A stretch of DNA of 42,091 bases from the IMG/VR virus record IMGVR_UViG_3300045988_039573, positions 1-42,091 of that record; one strand, written 5' to 3'. The notes under the pieces were generated by a model that searched no databases, was not told where the DNA came from, and was given only the letters and a program-made list of their open reading frames with translations. The number at the start of each line of letters is the position of its first letter. The first letter of the stretch is position 1. This DNA comes from a virus. Below are positions 16,526-24,570 of this stretch, in pieces. Position numbers and translations under genes: made by a program.

Positions 16526-17737
16526 ATGGAAAGTATTGATCGTTCCGCACTTTCCGGCCTTATCCCGGAACCCGTAACCCGCGAAATCATGCAGGGCGCT
16601 ATCGCCGAATCTGCAGTTCTTCGTATGGGTCGCAGACTGGCAAATATGTCCAGTAAGACGCAGACCATTAACGTGCTCGACGCGCTTCCCTCTGCGTATT
16701 TTGTCAACGGCGAAGCCACTGACGGCGGCGCTGGTGAGGCATTCAAGCAGACCACAAAGATGGCGTGGGACAAGAAGAAGCTGTACGCCGAGGAGATCGC
16801 TGTTATCGTCCCCATCCCTGAAGCCGCTTTGGATGATGCGGACTATGACATTTGGGGCGAGGTCAAGCCCCGTCTGACCGAGGCTTTCGGTAAGGTCATC
16901 GACGCCGCTATCCTGTTCGGCACCAACAAGCCCAGCACTTGGCGCACCGGCGTTGTGCCCGCTGCCATCGCTGCCGGTAACGGCGTGCCCGTCGGCACCA
17001 GCGTGTTCGATGACATCATGGGCGAGAACGGCCTGATCTCCAAGGTTGAGCTGGACGGCTTCAACCCCAACGGCGTGATGTCCGCTATCCAGATGCGCGG
17101 CAAGCTGCGCGGCCTGAAGGACACCACCGGCCAGCCCATCTTTAAGTCCGATATGCAGGGCGCTACCCGTTACGGTCTGGACGGCATGGATATGTACTTC
17201 CCGATGAACGGCGCGTTTGACCCCAATCAGGCGCAGATGATCGTCGGCGACTGGAGCCAGCTGGTGTACGCCATCCGTCAGGACATGACTTTCAAGATCT
17301 TCACCGAGGGCGTGATTCAGGATCCCGCTACCAAGGCCATTACCTACAACCTGATGCAGAACGACATGGTCGCGCTCCGCGCCGTCATGCGTCTGGGCTG
17401 GGAGATCGCCAACCCCGTCAACGCCTACAACGTGGACAAGGCCAATCCGTTCCCGTTCTCCGTGTACGGAAAGGGCGGCGACATCTCCGCTGTTACCGTC
17501 TCGCCCGCTACCGCGACTATGGCAAAGGGCGACAGCAAGGCATTTACTGCTGCCGTTACCGGCGAGGGCATTATCAACGGTGAGGTCGAGTGGAGCCAGA
17601 ATGGCACGAAGTCCAAGATCAGCGAAGACGGCTTGCTGACCATCGACTCCGCTGAGACTAAGACCAGTATCACCGTCACGGCCAAGTCCAAGCAGGACGG
17701 CACCAAGACCGGCACTGCTACCGTTACCGTTTCTTGA
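16526..17737 (+). CDS. Major capsid protein (HK97-fold type) with C-terminal Ig-like (Big_2-type) domain
   Basis: 403 aa with a strong RBS and typical position. The C-terminal VTVSPATATMAKGDSKAFTAAVTG...TVTAKS...TATVTV looks like Big_2. Confidence 0.85.
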   Translation: MESIDRSALSGLIPEPVTREIMQGAIAESAVLRMGRRLANMSSKTQTINVLDALPSAYFVNGEATDGGAGEAFKQTTKMAWDKKKLYAEEIAVIVPIPEAALDDADYDIWGEVKPRLTEAFGKVIDAAILFGTNKPSTWRTGVVPAAIAAGNGVPVGTSVFDDIMGENGLISKVELDGFNPNGVMSAIQMRGKLRGLKDTTGQPIFKSDMQGATRYGLDGMDMYFPMNGAFDPNQAQMIVGDWSQLVYAIRQDMTFKIFTEGVIQDPATKAITYNLMQNDMVALRAVMRLGWEIANPVNAYNVDKANPFPFSVYGKGGDISAVTVSPATATMAKGDSKAFTAAVTGEGIINGEVEWSQNGTKSKISEDGLLTIDSAETKTSITVTAKSKQDGTKTGTATVTVS

Positions 17738-17757
17738 TATGAAAGGAGCTGACCCGT

Positions 17758-18189
17758 ATGACATACGCTGATTATACATACTACGCCGGAATCTATGTGG
17801 GTTCTGTGAGCGAGGAAGATTTTCCGCGTCTGGCTGTTCGGGCCAGCTCTTTCCTCGACTACTACACGATGGGGAAAGCTGAAAGCCACGCCGATTTGGA
17901 TGCGGTAAAGATGTGCTGCTGTGCGTTGATCGACCAGTACGCTTTGCTGGATGCGGCGCAGAAGGCGGCGACAAAAAGCCTTGCCAATGCAGGCGACCCG
18001 GAAACCAAGAGCGAATCGGTAGGCAGCTATTCCCGCACGCTCACGACCGGTGGCGAAGCGGCAAAGTCTGTGCTGGATGCGGCAAGCACCAGTAAACAAA
18101 TGCTTGCAAACCTGTGCAATGAGTATCTGGCGCATACCGGACTTTTGTATCGGGGAGGTGACTGCAAATGTACGCTCCCCACGCTGTAA
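17758..18189 (+). CDS. Head-tail connector / adaptor (gp6-like)
   Basis: MTYADYTYYAGIY.G....EDFPRLA.RASSFLDYYT is the typical N-terminus of Phage_connect_1-type proteins. Confidence 0.65.
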   Translation: MTYADYTYYAGIYVGSVSEEDFPRLAVRASSFLDYYTMGKAESHADLDAVKMCCCALIDQYALLDAAQKAATKSLANAGDPETKSESVGSYSRTLTTGGEAAKSVLDAASTSKQMLANLCNEYLAHTGLLYRGGDCKCTLPTL

Positions 18190-18617
18190 CGATCTACAAC
18201 TCCGTCAAGGAAACCGACCCGGCAACATTTAAGGACGTTACTAAGCTCTATGTCACGATTTTACGCGGCGTGCTGTGTGAAGCGTCAAAGGGCGCAAATG
18301 TGCGCAAGACTGGGTTAGAGGGCGCGGATGCGGTCAACCTGTATATCCCGTTTTCCGTAGAAGCAATAGACGTAGCGACGGGTAAGCCCAAGAAATACGT
18401 CGGGCCGCAGGAGTTTTACCGTGCCACAGATAAGGCCGGACTGTGGACGCTTTCAGTCAGCGGCAACGGTGGGGTTACGTTTTTCATCAAGGGCGAGTTT
18501 ATCACCGACAAGGAAGATGTGGCGCTTTCACAGGATAACTGTTGGAATCTGACAAAGGTAGATGCAATGGACTTTGGCAGCGAAGATATGCAGCATTGGG
18601 AATGCGGAGGCGTATGA
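18168..18617 (+). CDS. Putative head-closure protein
   Basis: 149-aa ORF in the connector block. The call rests on position only. Confidence 0.45.
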   Translation: MYAPHAVTIYNSVKETDPATFKDVTKLYVTILRGVLCEASKGANVRKTGLEGADAVNLYIPFSVEAIDVATGKPKKYVGPQEFYRATDKAGLWTLSVSGNGGVTFFIKGEFITDKEDVALSQDNCWNLTKVDAMDFGSEDMQHWECGGV

Positions 18618-18618
18618 G

Positions 18619-19062
18619 ATGGCGCTGAAATTTACCATCAACGTCTCTGGCATGGATGCAGTCAAAGAATCCATTGCAAACGCTTGCAGTCGCGCAGAAC
18701 ACACGCTTGCGGTACAGGTGGCAAAAGATACCGCGCCATTTGTCCCGATGCGCACAGGATCGTTGAAGACGCGGACGCGGGTATCCGGAAACGAGATTAT
18801 CTACCCCGGCCCATACGCTCGGTATCTCTATTACGGCAAGCTGTACGTTGATCCGCTGACGGGAAGTTCCTATGCGAGAAAAGGCGTAACAAAAGTTCCG
18901 GCGGTGCCTGAGAAAGACCTGAAGTTTTGGCATCCAAATACATCTTCGCACTGGTTTGAAGTGTCGAAAGCTCAAAACCTCCCAAAGTGGCTACGTGTAG
19001 CAGAAAAGGCGGTAAAGAATGATCTCCAAAGAAAAGACCGTAACGCTTGCGTCAAGCGTTGA
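18619..19062 (+). CDS. HK97 gp10-like neck / tail-completion protein
   Basis: AKDTAPFVPMRTGSLK...YPGPYARYLYYG matches the gp10-family pattern. ATG lies 1 nt after the upstream stop. Confidence 0.6.
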   Translation: MALKFTINVSGMDAVKESIANACSRAEHTLAVQVAKDTAPFVPMRTGSLKTRTRVSGNEIIYPGPYARYLYYGKLYVDPLTGSSYARKGVTKVPAVPEKDLKFWHPNTSSHWFEVSKAQNLPKWLRVAEKAVKNDLQRKDRNACVKR

Positions 19063-19483
19063 AAAATCCGATCTCGACCGCCTTGTATTGATTTGGGCAA
19101 ACAAATGCCCCAATATCCCTGATAACGTGGAACTGATCAAGTACGAGTATTTCGCGGCGAAAACGGTAGGCATGGCGCTTTCGTCCGTGCAAGGCGCTGT
19201 TATCACCAAGAAGTATATCTGCGGCGGGTATCAGGCGGAGTATTCGTTTGAAATCCACTACCAGATCGCGCCTCCGGGGACAAGCGATGACACGCGCTTA
19301 AAGGCAGTCGAGGCTTTAAACAAATTTGCGGACTGGGCCAACACACAGCGCCCGGACATTGGAGAGGGGAGACGCGCCCTGCGCGTAGAGACAGCGGCTT
19401 TTGCGTCGTATCTCGGCGCAACCAGCGACAAATACGAGGACTATATGGTTCCTCTTAAACTAACATACGAGGTGAATGTATAA
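19019..19483 (+). CDS. Putative tail terminator protein
   Basis: 154-aa ORF immediately upstream of the major tail protein. The call is positional. Confidence 0.45.
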   Translation: MISKEKTVTLASSVEKSDLDRLVLIWANKCPNIPDNVELIKYEYFAAKTVGMALSSVQGAVITKKYICGGYQAEYSFEIHYQIAPPGTSDDTRLKAVEALNKFADWANTQRPDIGEGRRALRVETAAFASYLGATSDKYEDYMVPLKLTYEVNV

Positions 19484-20004
19484 TGGCAGATTTAACTTTT
19501 GCGACCTCCGAAGGCCAGACCATTGACCGCGAGCTTTTGATTGCGTATCTGAATACCGGCACGTCATCGGCTCCCGTTTGGAGCGCCATCGGTAAGCGCG
19601 TGGAAGATTCCACCGAGGAAATGGACTGGGGGCAGGAGAGCAAGCAGGACATTCTCGGCAACACCTTTACCACCATGAAAAAGCCCGTTATCACGCAGAC
19701 GTTTGACCCGATTCCTTTGGATGCGGGTGACGCGGCGGCGGTCAAGATGTGGAATCTTGCGGTCAAAGATCACGACGCGCAGGCGCTTGCCAATCAGGAC
19801 ATGATGATTGGCCACTTCTACGCCACGAGCGGCGACGCGAAGTTTGCCGAGCGCTATGATTCCTGCGCAATTGCGGTCACGTCCATCGGCGGCGACGGCG
19901 GCGGCACGCTCAACATTGCGAGCGAGATCACTTACGGCGGCAATCGGACGCTTGGCACGATTACCAAGAGCGCCAGCGGCGTGACCTTTACGGCAGATAC
20001 CTAA
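19483..20004 (+). CDS. Major tail protein
   Basis: 173 aa, placed before the chaperone/TMP genes. The N-terminus MADLTFATSEGQTIDRELLIAYLNTGT... is typical of siphovirus tail tube proteins. Confidence 0.75.
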   Translation: MADLTFATSEGQTIDRELLIAYLNTGTSSAPVWSAIGKRVEDSTEEMDWGQESKQDILGNTFTTMKKPVITQTFDPIPLDAGDAAAVKMWNLAVKDHDAQALANQDMMIGHFYATSGDAKFAERYDSCAIAVTSIGGDGGGTLNIASEITYGGNRTLGTITKSASGVTFTADT

Positions 20005-20011
20005 AGACAAA

Positions 20012-20033
20012 GGGGCGGGCATAGACCCGCCCC
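20012..20033 (+). terminator. GC-rich stem-loop after the major tail gene (attenuator-type)
   Basis: GGGGCGGG-CATAGA-CCCGCCCC with a poor U-tract, so probably a partial terminator or stabiliser. Confidence 0.45.
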
Positions 20034-20048
20034 AATTTGGAGGATATT

Positions 20049-20483
20049 ATGAGCGAAATTATTTCCATCAATTCCGGTGTAGTCCGAAAGACGCTTGAAA
20101 CGACGGATGGCAAGACCTGTGAGCTGGCCTTTAACGCGACGGACAGCACCTTCGTGGAGAAGCTGTTCAACGCCTTTGATACGCTCGACAAAAAGCAGGA
20201 AGCGTACAAGGCGGAGGTCGAAAAGACCGCAAACAAGCGAGAGGTGTTCGAGACGGCCCGCAAGATGGACGAGGAGATGCGCGACATCATCGGCGAAGTC
20301 TTTGGCTTCGACATCTGCTCGGCTCTGTTTGGAGGCATGAACGTGTACGCGCTGGCGGACGGCCTGCCTGTTTGGGCCAACCTGATGCTCGCCATCATGG
20401 ATGAGGTGGATACTGCATTCTCCCGTGAGCAGAAGGCGACCAATCCGCGCATCAGCAAGTACACGAAGAAGTATCACAAGTGA
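20049..20483 (+). CDS. Tail assembly chaperone (Gp14-like)
   Basis: Acidic 144-aa protein between the tail tube and TMP genes. The MSEII start follows a GGAGGA RBS. Confidence 0.6.
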   Translation: MSEIISINSGVVRKTLETTDGKTCELAFNATDSTFVEKLFNAFDTLDKKQEAYKAEVEKTANKREVFETARKMDEEMRDIIGEVFGFDICSALFGGMNVYALADGLPVWANLMLAIMDEVDTAFSREQKATNPRISKYTKKYHK

Positions 20484-21028
20484 GATACGACCTTCCGACT
20501 GCCGTAGAGGTGAACGGTACGGAATACCCGATCCGAACGGATTTTCGGGACATCCTGACCATCATTGAAGCGCTCTCCGACGCAGAGTTGAGCGAGCAGG
20601 AAAAGGCCGAAACGATGCTCGACATTTTCTACCCGGACTTTGAGACGATGCCGCCGGACGATTACGAAGAAGCGATAAAGCAATGCGCTCTGTTCATCAA
20701 TTGCGGCGATGGCCCGCGAGACGAAAAGCGCGGGCCGAAGCTGATGGACTGGCAGCAGGATTTCCCGCTGCTCGTGGCTCCAATCAATCGTGTGCTCGGC
20801 AAAGAGGTGCGATCTGTGGACTATCTGCACTGGTGGACGTGGATCGCGGCGTATCAGGAGATTGGGGACTGCACCTTTGCGCAGGTCGTTGCTATCCGCA
20901 GCAAGCGGGCAAAGGGGAAAAAGCTCGATAAGAGCGAGCAGGAATTTTACAAGCAGAACCGACAGCTGGTAGATTTCAAGCGACAGTACACGGAGCAGGA
21001 CAAAGATGTCATCAGTCGTTGGGTGTGA
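20480..21028 (+). CDS. Phage Gp15-family protein
   Basis: YPIRTDFRDIL.I.....D.ELS..EK......IFY...........A......F matches the A118 Gp15-type pattern. The GTG start overlaps the upstream stop (GTGA). Confidence 0.65.
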   Translation: MRYDLPTAVEVNGTEYPIRTDFRDILTIIEALSDAELSEQEKAETMLDIFYPDFETMPPDDYEEAIKQCALFINCGDGPRDEKRGPKLMDWQQDFPLLVAPINRVLGKEVRSVDYLHWWTWIAAYQEIGDCTFAQVVAIRSKRAKGKKLDKSEQEFYKQNRQLVDFKRQYTEQDKDVISRWV

Positions 21029-21052
21029 AAAACCGCCCTCCGAAGAAGGCGG
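21028..21052 (-). terminator. Strong minus-strand terminator for the moron gene
   Basis: On the minus strand, CCGCCTTC-TTCG-GAGGGCGG (8 bp, UUCG loop) is followed by TTTTT. Confidence 0.7.
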
Positions 21053-21058
21053 CAAAAT

Positions 21059-21658
21059 TCAAGCGTTTGGCATAACGGAAACCGTGTTGCTTGTTTCAAG
21101 TGTGTTGTAGTTTTTAGAGTCTAAAACATTCAGCTTAAACTCGACATTTGATATTTCGCTTAATGGGGTTTCACAAAAAACAACAAATGACGCTCTCACA
21201 TTTTTGGAAGGAAGTGCCGTAATCGGCAAGCCCGAACCGCTTTGACAATGCGTATTATCCACATAAACATCATCGAGCAAATAGGTGCATTCCTCGCCCC
21301 CGATGTTGCTGATTTTTATATCAATGTAAAAACAGCCAGTCAATCCGCTTGCTTCCCAGCATTTTAAATATTCGGCGGTGTAATTATCTCCACTAAATGT
21401 AATTGCATCCGTTTCATCTTTTAAATCCTGGGTTTCGTCACTAAGAGGATTTGGCGCTATGGACGAAACGCTATTTGCATTTGACGCTTCTGAGCCATCC
21501 GATGTTGGAAGAGATACGCATACAACAAAAAGAACAAAGAATGTGGCAAGGGATATTAAAGCGATATTCTTCCTCTTTTTCCTGATTGCAAGGATAACCA
21601 AAGTGAGCAATGAGACAACAAACCCTGCGATACTTAACAAGCCTAAAATAGCAATCAT
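21059..21658 (-). CDS. Moron: two-TM membrane protein with beta-sandwich (DUF4352-like) ectodomain
   Basis: MIAILGLLSIAGFVVSLLTLVILAIRKKRKNIALISLATFFVLFVVCVSL, followed by a Ser/Asn-rich linker and a beta-rich domain. The RBS is AAGGAGGG. The gene is visibly AT-rich and on the opposite strand to all flanking genes. Confidence 0.75.
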   Translation of the reverse strand: MIAILGLLSIAGFVVSLLTLVILAIRKKRKNIALISLATFFVLFVVCVSLPTSDGSEASNANSVSSIAPNPLSDETQDLKDETDAITFSGDNYTAEYLKCWEASGLTGCFYIDIKISNIGGEECTYLLDDVYVDNTHCQSGSGLPITALPSKNVRASFVVFCETPLSEISNVEFKLNVLDSKNYNTLETSNTVSVMPNA

Positions 21659-21677
21659 TTTAATCCCTCCTTTTATC

Positions 21678-21705
21678 AGAATAGCACATAAAAAATAAAA
21701 CGCAA
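21678..21705 (-). promoter_or_regulatory. Putative promoter of the moron (extended -10)
   Basis: The minus strand reads TTGCGT-N16-TATTCT, with TGC immediately 5' of the -10. It lies about 20 nt upstream of the RBS. Confidence 0.4.
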
Positions 21706-21725
21706 GTAGAAAGTGTGGTGATTTT

Positions 21726-24152
21726 GTGGCGAATGCAGACGGTTCTGTTGTTATCAATACGGAATTAGACGCGAAAAACGCGCAAAAAGAATTGACTGCG
21801 CTTGAAAAAAAGATTGATGCACTCAATGAAAAAATCAGCGACAAAAAGCAGGAGCAAATGCCCTTGGTTGAGCAGTCTAAGCAGATCGCAGCAAACCTCG
21901 ATGCAGCCAAAGCCCAGCTTGACCAAATGCGGAACGGTGACGAGTTTTACACGGCTGGCGCAATAAAGGAGCAAGAGCAAACAGTAAAAGCTCTTCAAAA
22001 AGAGTGGGATTCCGTGCAGAACAAAGTAGAGCGCATGGATACCTCGATTGCGCGAGACACGCGAAGCCTTGAGCGCATGACTAATAGAGCCGGAGATTTG
22101 TCTAAACAAATTATGGCAGCAAAAGAAAACGCCAAAGGGATTTCTCCGGCGGCACAGGCAGCCAGTAAACAAATGGACAAATTTGTGAGCCACATTAAAA
22201 CGCTCGCCAAAAGAGTGCTTGTTTTTTCGCTTATTACCAAAGCTCTCAGAACGTTAAAGAGCTATATGTGGAGCGCGATCCAGACCAACGATAAGGCGAT
22301 GGCGGCGGTCGCCAAGCTGAAAGGAGCGTTGCGAACGCTGGCCCAGCCGATCGTCAACGTGGTCGTTCCGGCGTTTACCGTGCTCGTCAATGTCATCACG
22401 CGCGTGGTCAACGCCATATCCGAGCTGGTCTCCATGATCTTTGGAACGACTGCCGAGGAATCTGCAAAGGCAGCGGAAAGCCTTTACGAAGAATCGGACG
22501 CGCTGGACAAGACCGGGAAGTCTGCAAAAAAGGCAAGCAAATCCCTTGCGTCGTTCGATGAAATCAACAAATTGTCGGGAAGTCAGGAAGAGAATAAAGC
22601 CCCGGACTTCTCAACCGGCATCAACGACCAGCTTAGTGCCATCATGGAGTTGTTTACCGGCGCGGCCCTGCTGGCGATCGGTGCGGCGTTGGCGTTCTCC
22701 GGCGTAAATGTCCCTCTCGGCATTGGGCTGATGGCGATGGGTGCGCTTGCCATTTGGGGTGCGGTCAGCACCGACTGGAGCGCGATCCAAAATGCTTTGA
22801 AAGGGCCGATCGGAGCTGTTACGGGCATCTTGTCCGCGGCCCTGCTGGCGATTGGCGCGATTATCCTGTTCTCCGGGGCTAACATTCCTCTTGGCTTGGC
22901 GCTCATGGTCGCCGGAGCGATAGGCTTGGCGACGGCGGTAGCGGCAAATTGGGACACGATCAAAGCACTTTTACAAGGCCCCCTCGGCATCGTTACTGCG
23001 ATCATCAGCTTCGCGCTCCTTGAGATCGGCGCTATCCTGTTGTTCTCCGGTGCGAACATCCCGCTTGGCCTCGGCTTAATGGTCGTGGGCGCGATGGGAA
23101 TGGCGGCGGTCATTGCGGCGAATTGGGACACCATCAAGGCATTGCTTCAAGGCCCTATCGGAGCTGTCACGGCGATGCTCTCAGCGTCCTTGCTCGTTCT
23201 CGGCGCTGTGCTGGCTTTCAGCGGCGCAAATGTTCCGATCGGCCTCGGCCTTATGATTGCGGGCGCAATTGGGCTGGCGACGGCGGTAGCGGCAAATTGG
23301 GACACGATCCAGACCGCCTTGCAAGGCCCCATCGGCGCAATCACGGCGCTCGTCAGCAGCGCACTGCTCGTACTCGGCATCATCCTGACCCTGACCGGCG
23401 TTGCACTTCCAATCGGCATTGGGCTGATCGCTGCCGGAGCGGTCGGGTTGGTCGCTACGGTCGCGGTCAACTGGAACGCTATCACCGAATACCTCGGCGG
23501 CCCAATCGCGGCGATCATTTCGCTGGTCAGCGGCGCTCTGCTCGTCTTAGGTGTTCTTCTGGTGTTTACCGGCGTGGGCATCCCGCTCGGAATGGGCATG
23601 ATCGTTGCGGGCGCGGCGGGCCTCGCGTCGGTAGCGGTAGTCAATTGGGACTACCTGAAGAACAAGCTTAGTGAGACGTGGGACGGCATCAAGGAGTGGT
23701 GGAACGCCAACGTCGCCAAATACTTTACGATCGAGTATTGGCAGGACTTGGGCAAAAACATCATCGACGGATTGCTGAATGGCTTGAAATCCGCATTTGA
23801 AAGCGTCAAGTCTTGGGCATCCGGCGCGATGGACACCATCAAAAGCGCATTTACCGGCGGCTCAGTCAAGACCAGTATGCCGCCCATTAATTCCGCTTCC
23901 ATCCCCCGTTTGGCGACCGGCGCGGTCATTCCCCCGAACAGGGAATTTCTTGCGGTGCTCGGCGACCAAAAGCAGGGCAACAACATCGAGGCTCCCGCTG
24001 CTGCTATCGAGGCGGCGGTGGCGCGCGGCATGGCGCAGTATGGCGGCGGCAACCAGACGGCGATCCTCAAGATCGGCGAACAGGAACTGGGACGCATTAT
24101 CTTCAAGCTCAACAAGGATCAGACGCAACGTGTCGGCATCCAAGTGACCTAA
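21726..24152 (+). CDS. Tape measure protein
   Basis: 808 aa with a GTG start, coiled-coil N-terminus, six hydrophobic Gly/Ala-rich repeats and a conserved C-terminus (LATGAVIPPNREFLAVLGDQ). Confidence 0.85.
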   Translation: MANADGSVVINTELDAKNAQKELTALEKKIDALNEKISDKKQEQMPLVEQSKQIAANLDAAKAQLDQMRNGDEFYTAGAIKEQEQTVKALQKEWDSVQNKVERMDTSIARDTRSLERMTNRAGDLSKQIMAAKENAKGISPAAQAASKQMDKFVSHIKTLAKRVLVFSLITKALRTLKSYMWSAIQTNDKAMAAVAKLKGALRTLAQPIVNVVVPAFTVLVNVITRVVNAISELVSMIFGTTAEESAKAAESLYEESDALDKTGKSAKKASKSLASFDEINKLSGSQEENKAPDFSTGINDQLSAIMELFTGAALLAIGAALAFSGVNVPLGIGLMAMGALAIWGAVSTDWSAIQNALKGPIGAVTGILSAALLAIGAIILFSGANIPLGLALMVAGAIGLATAVAANWDTIKALLQGPLGIVTAIISFALLEIGAILLFSGANIPLGLGLMVVGAMGMAAVIAANWDTIKALLQGPIGAVTAMLSASLLVLGAVLAFSGANVPIGLGLMIAGAIGLATAVAANWDTIQTALQGPIGAITALVSSALLVLGIILTLTGVALPIGIGLIAAGAVGLVATVAVNWNAITEYLGGPIAAIISLVSGALLVLGVLLVFTGVGIPLGMGMIVAGAAGLASVAVVNWDYLKNKLSETWDGIKEWWNANVAKYFTIEYWQDLGKNIIDGLLNGLKSAFESVKSWASGAMDTIKSAFTGGSVKTSMPPINSASIPRLATGAVIPPNREFLAVLGDQKQGNNIEAPAAAIEAAVARGMAQYGGGNQTAILKIGEQELGRIIFKLNKDQTQRVGIQVT
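22640..23680 (+). repeat. Six tandem 174-bp (58-aa) coding repeats inside the TMP
   Basis: The conserved Trp codon in (N/D)W(D/N/S) recurs at about 22775, 22949, 23123, 23297, 23471 and 23645. The unit is GANIPLGLGLM.AGAIGLATAVAANWDTI...LQGPIGA.TA..S..LL. Confidence 0.85.
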
Positions 24153-24162
24153 GGCGGTGGCT

Positions 24163-24561
24163 ATGAATTACATCAAACTCAATGGGACATCGTTTGATGT
24201 CAACGTAGCAATATCCAAATACAACGAGAACTTCAATGTTTTGGACGGAGAGAATGCCGGACGTTCTAAAGACACCGGGCGAATGATTCGCGATGTGCTC
24301 GGAACGTACATCGGGCACAAGATCACGGTGTTTCGCCGAGGCGATGATTACCAGAGCTATGACGCATTTTGGAACTACCTGAAGGCTCATTCGGTGGATG
24401 ACTCCGTGCTACTCGAAGCGGCGGATGGAAACACGACAATTTCTTATCGGGCGTATTATACGAGCGCTTCGCACGACATTGAAAAGGTCGAAAACGGCGT
24501 GAATTACTGGGGAGAGATCGAGATCCATTTCATCCCCATTGCGCCTCAGATCACACCGTAA
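24163..24561 (+). CDS. Small tail protein (possible distal tail component)
   Basis: 132-aa ORF directly after the TMP, starting at ATG 24163 after an AAGGCGG RBS. The call is positional. Confidence 0.45.
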   Translation: MNYIKLNGTSFDVNVAISKYNENFNVLDGENAGRSKDTGRMIRDVLGTYIGHKITVFRRGDDYQSYDAFWNYLKAHSVDDSVLLEAADGNTTISYRAYYTSASHDIEKVENGVNYWGEIEIHFIPIAPQITP

Positions 24562-24570
24562 GGAGGGCTT

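Noticed and set aside
15887-17974. 695-aa ORF on the minus strand, the longest minus-strand ORF in the window
   Set aside because: It lies entirely antisense to the scaffold, major capsid and connector genes, which have strong RBSs and recognisable products. Its translation is Gly/Ala/Leu/Arg-rich with no motif. This is the typical stop-free antisense frame of GC-rich coding DNA.
20049-21028. Programmed -1 frameshift joining the tail chaperone and the downstream gene (lambda G/GT-type)
   Set aside because: The downstream gene has its own GTG start overlapping the chaperone stop (GTGA) and looks like a stand-alone Gp15-family protein. I saw no slippery heptamer near the 3' end of the chaperone gene.
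21659-21910. N-terminal 84-codon extension of the minus-strand track ORF 21059-21910
   Set aside because: The extension overlaps the TMP start on the other strand and is Cys/Phe/Ser-rich junk. A strong AAGGAGGG RBS precedes the internal Met (MIAILG...) at 21658.
22583-23671. Alternative-frame and antisense ORFs inside the TMP repeats (22583-23137 -, 23123-23671 +, 23147-23644 -)
   Set aside because: They are artefacts of the 174-bp repeat and its GC-rich codons. The TMP frame is continuous, with conserved N- and C-terminal TMP regions.
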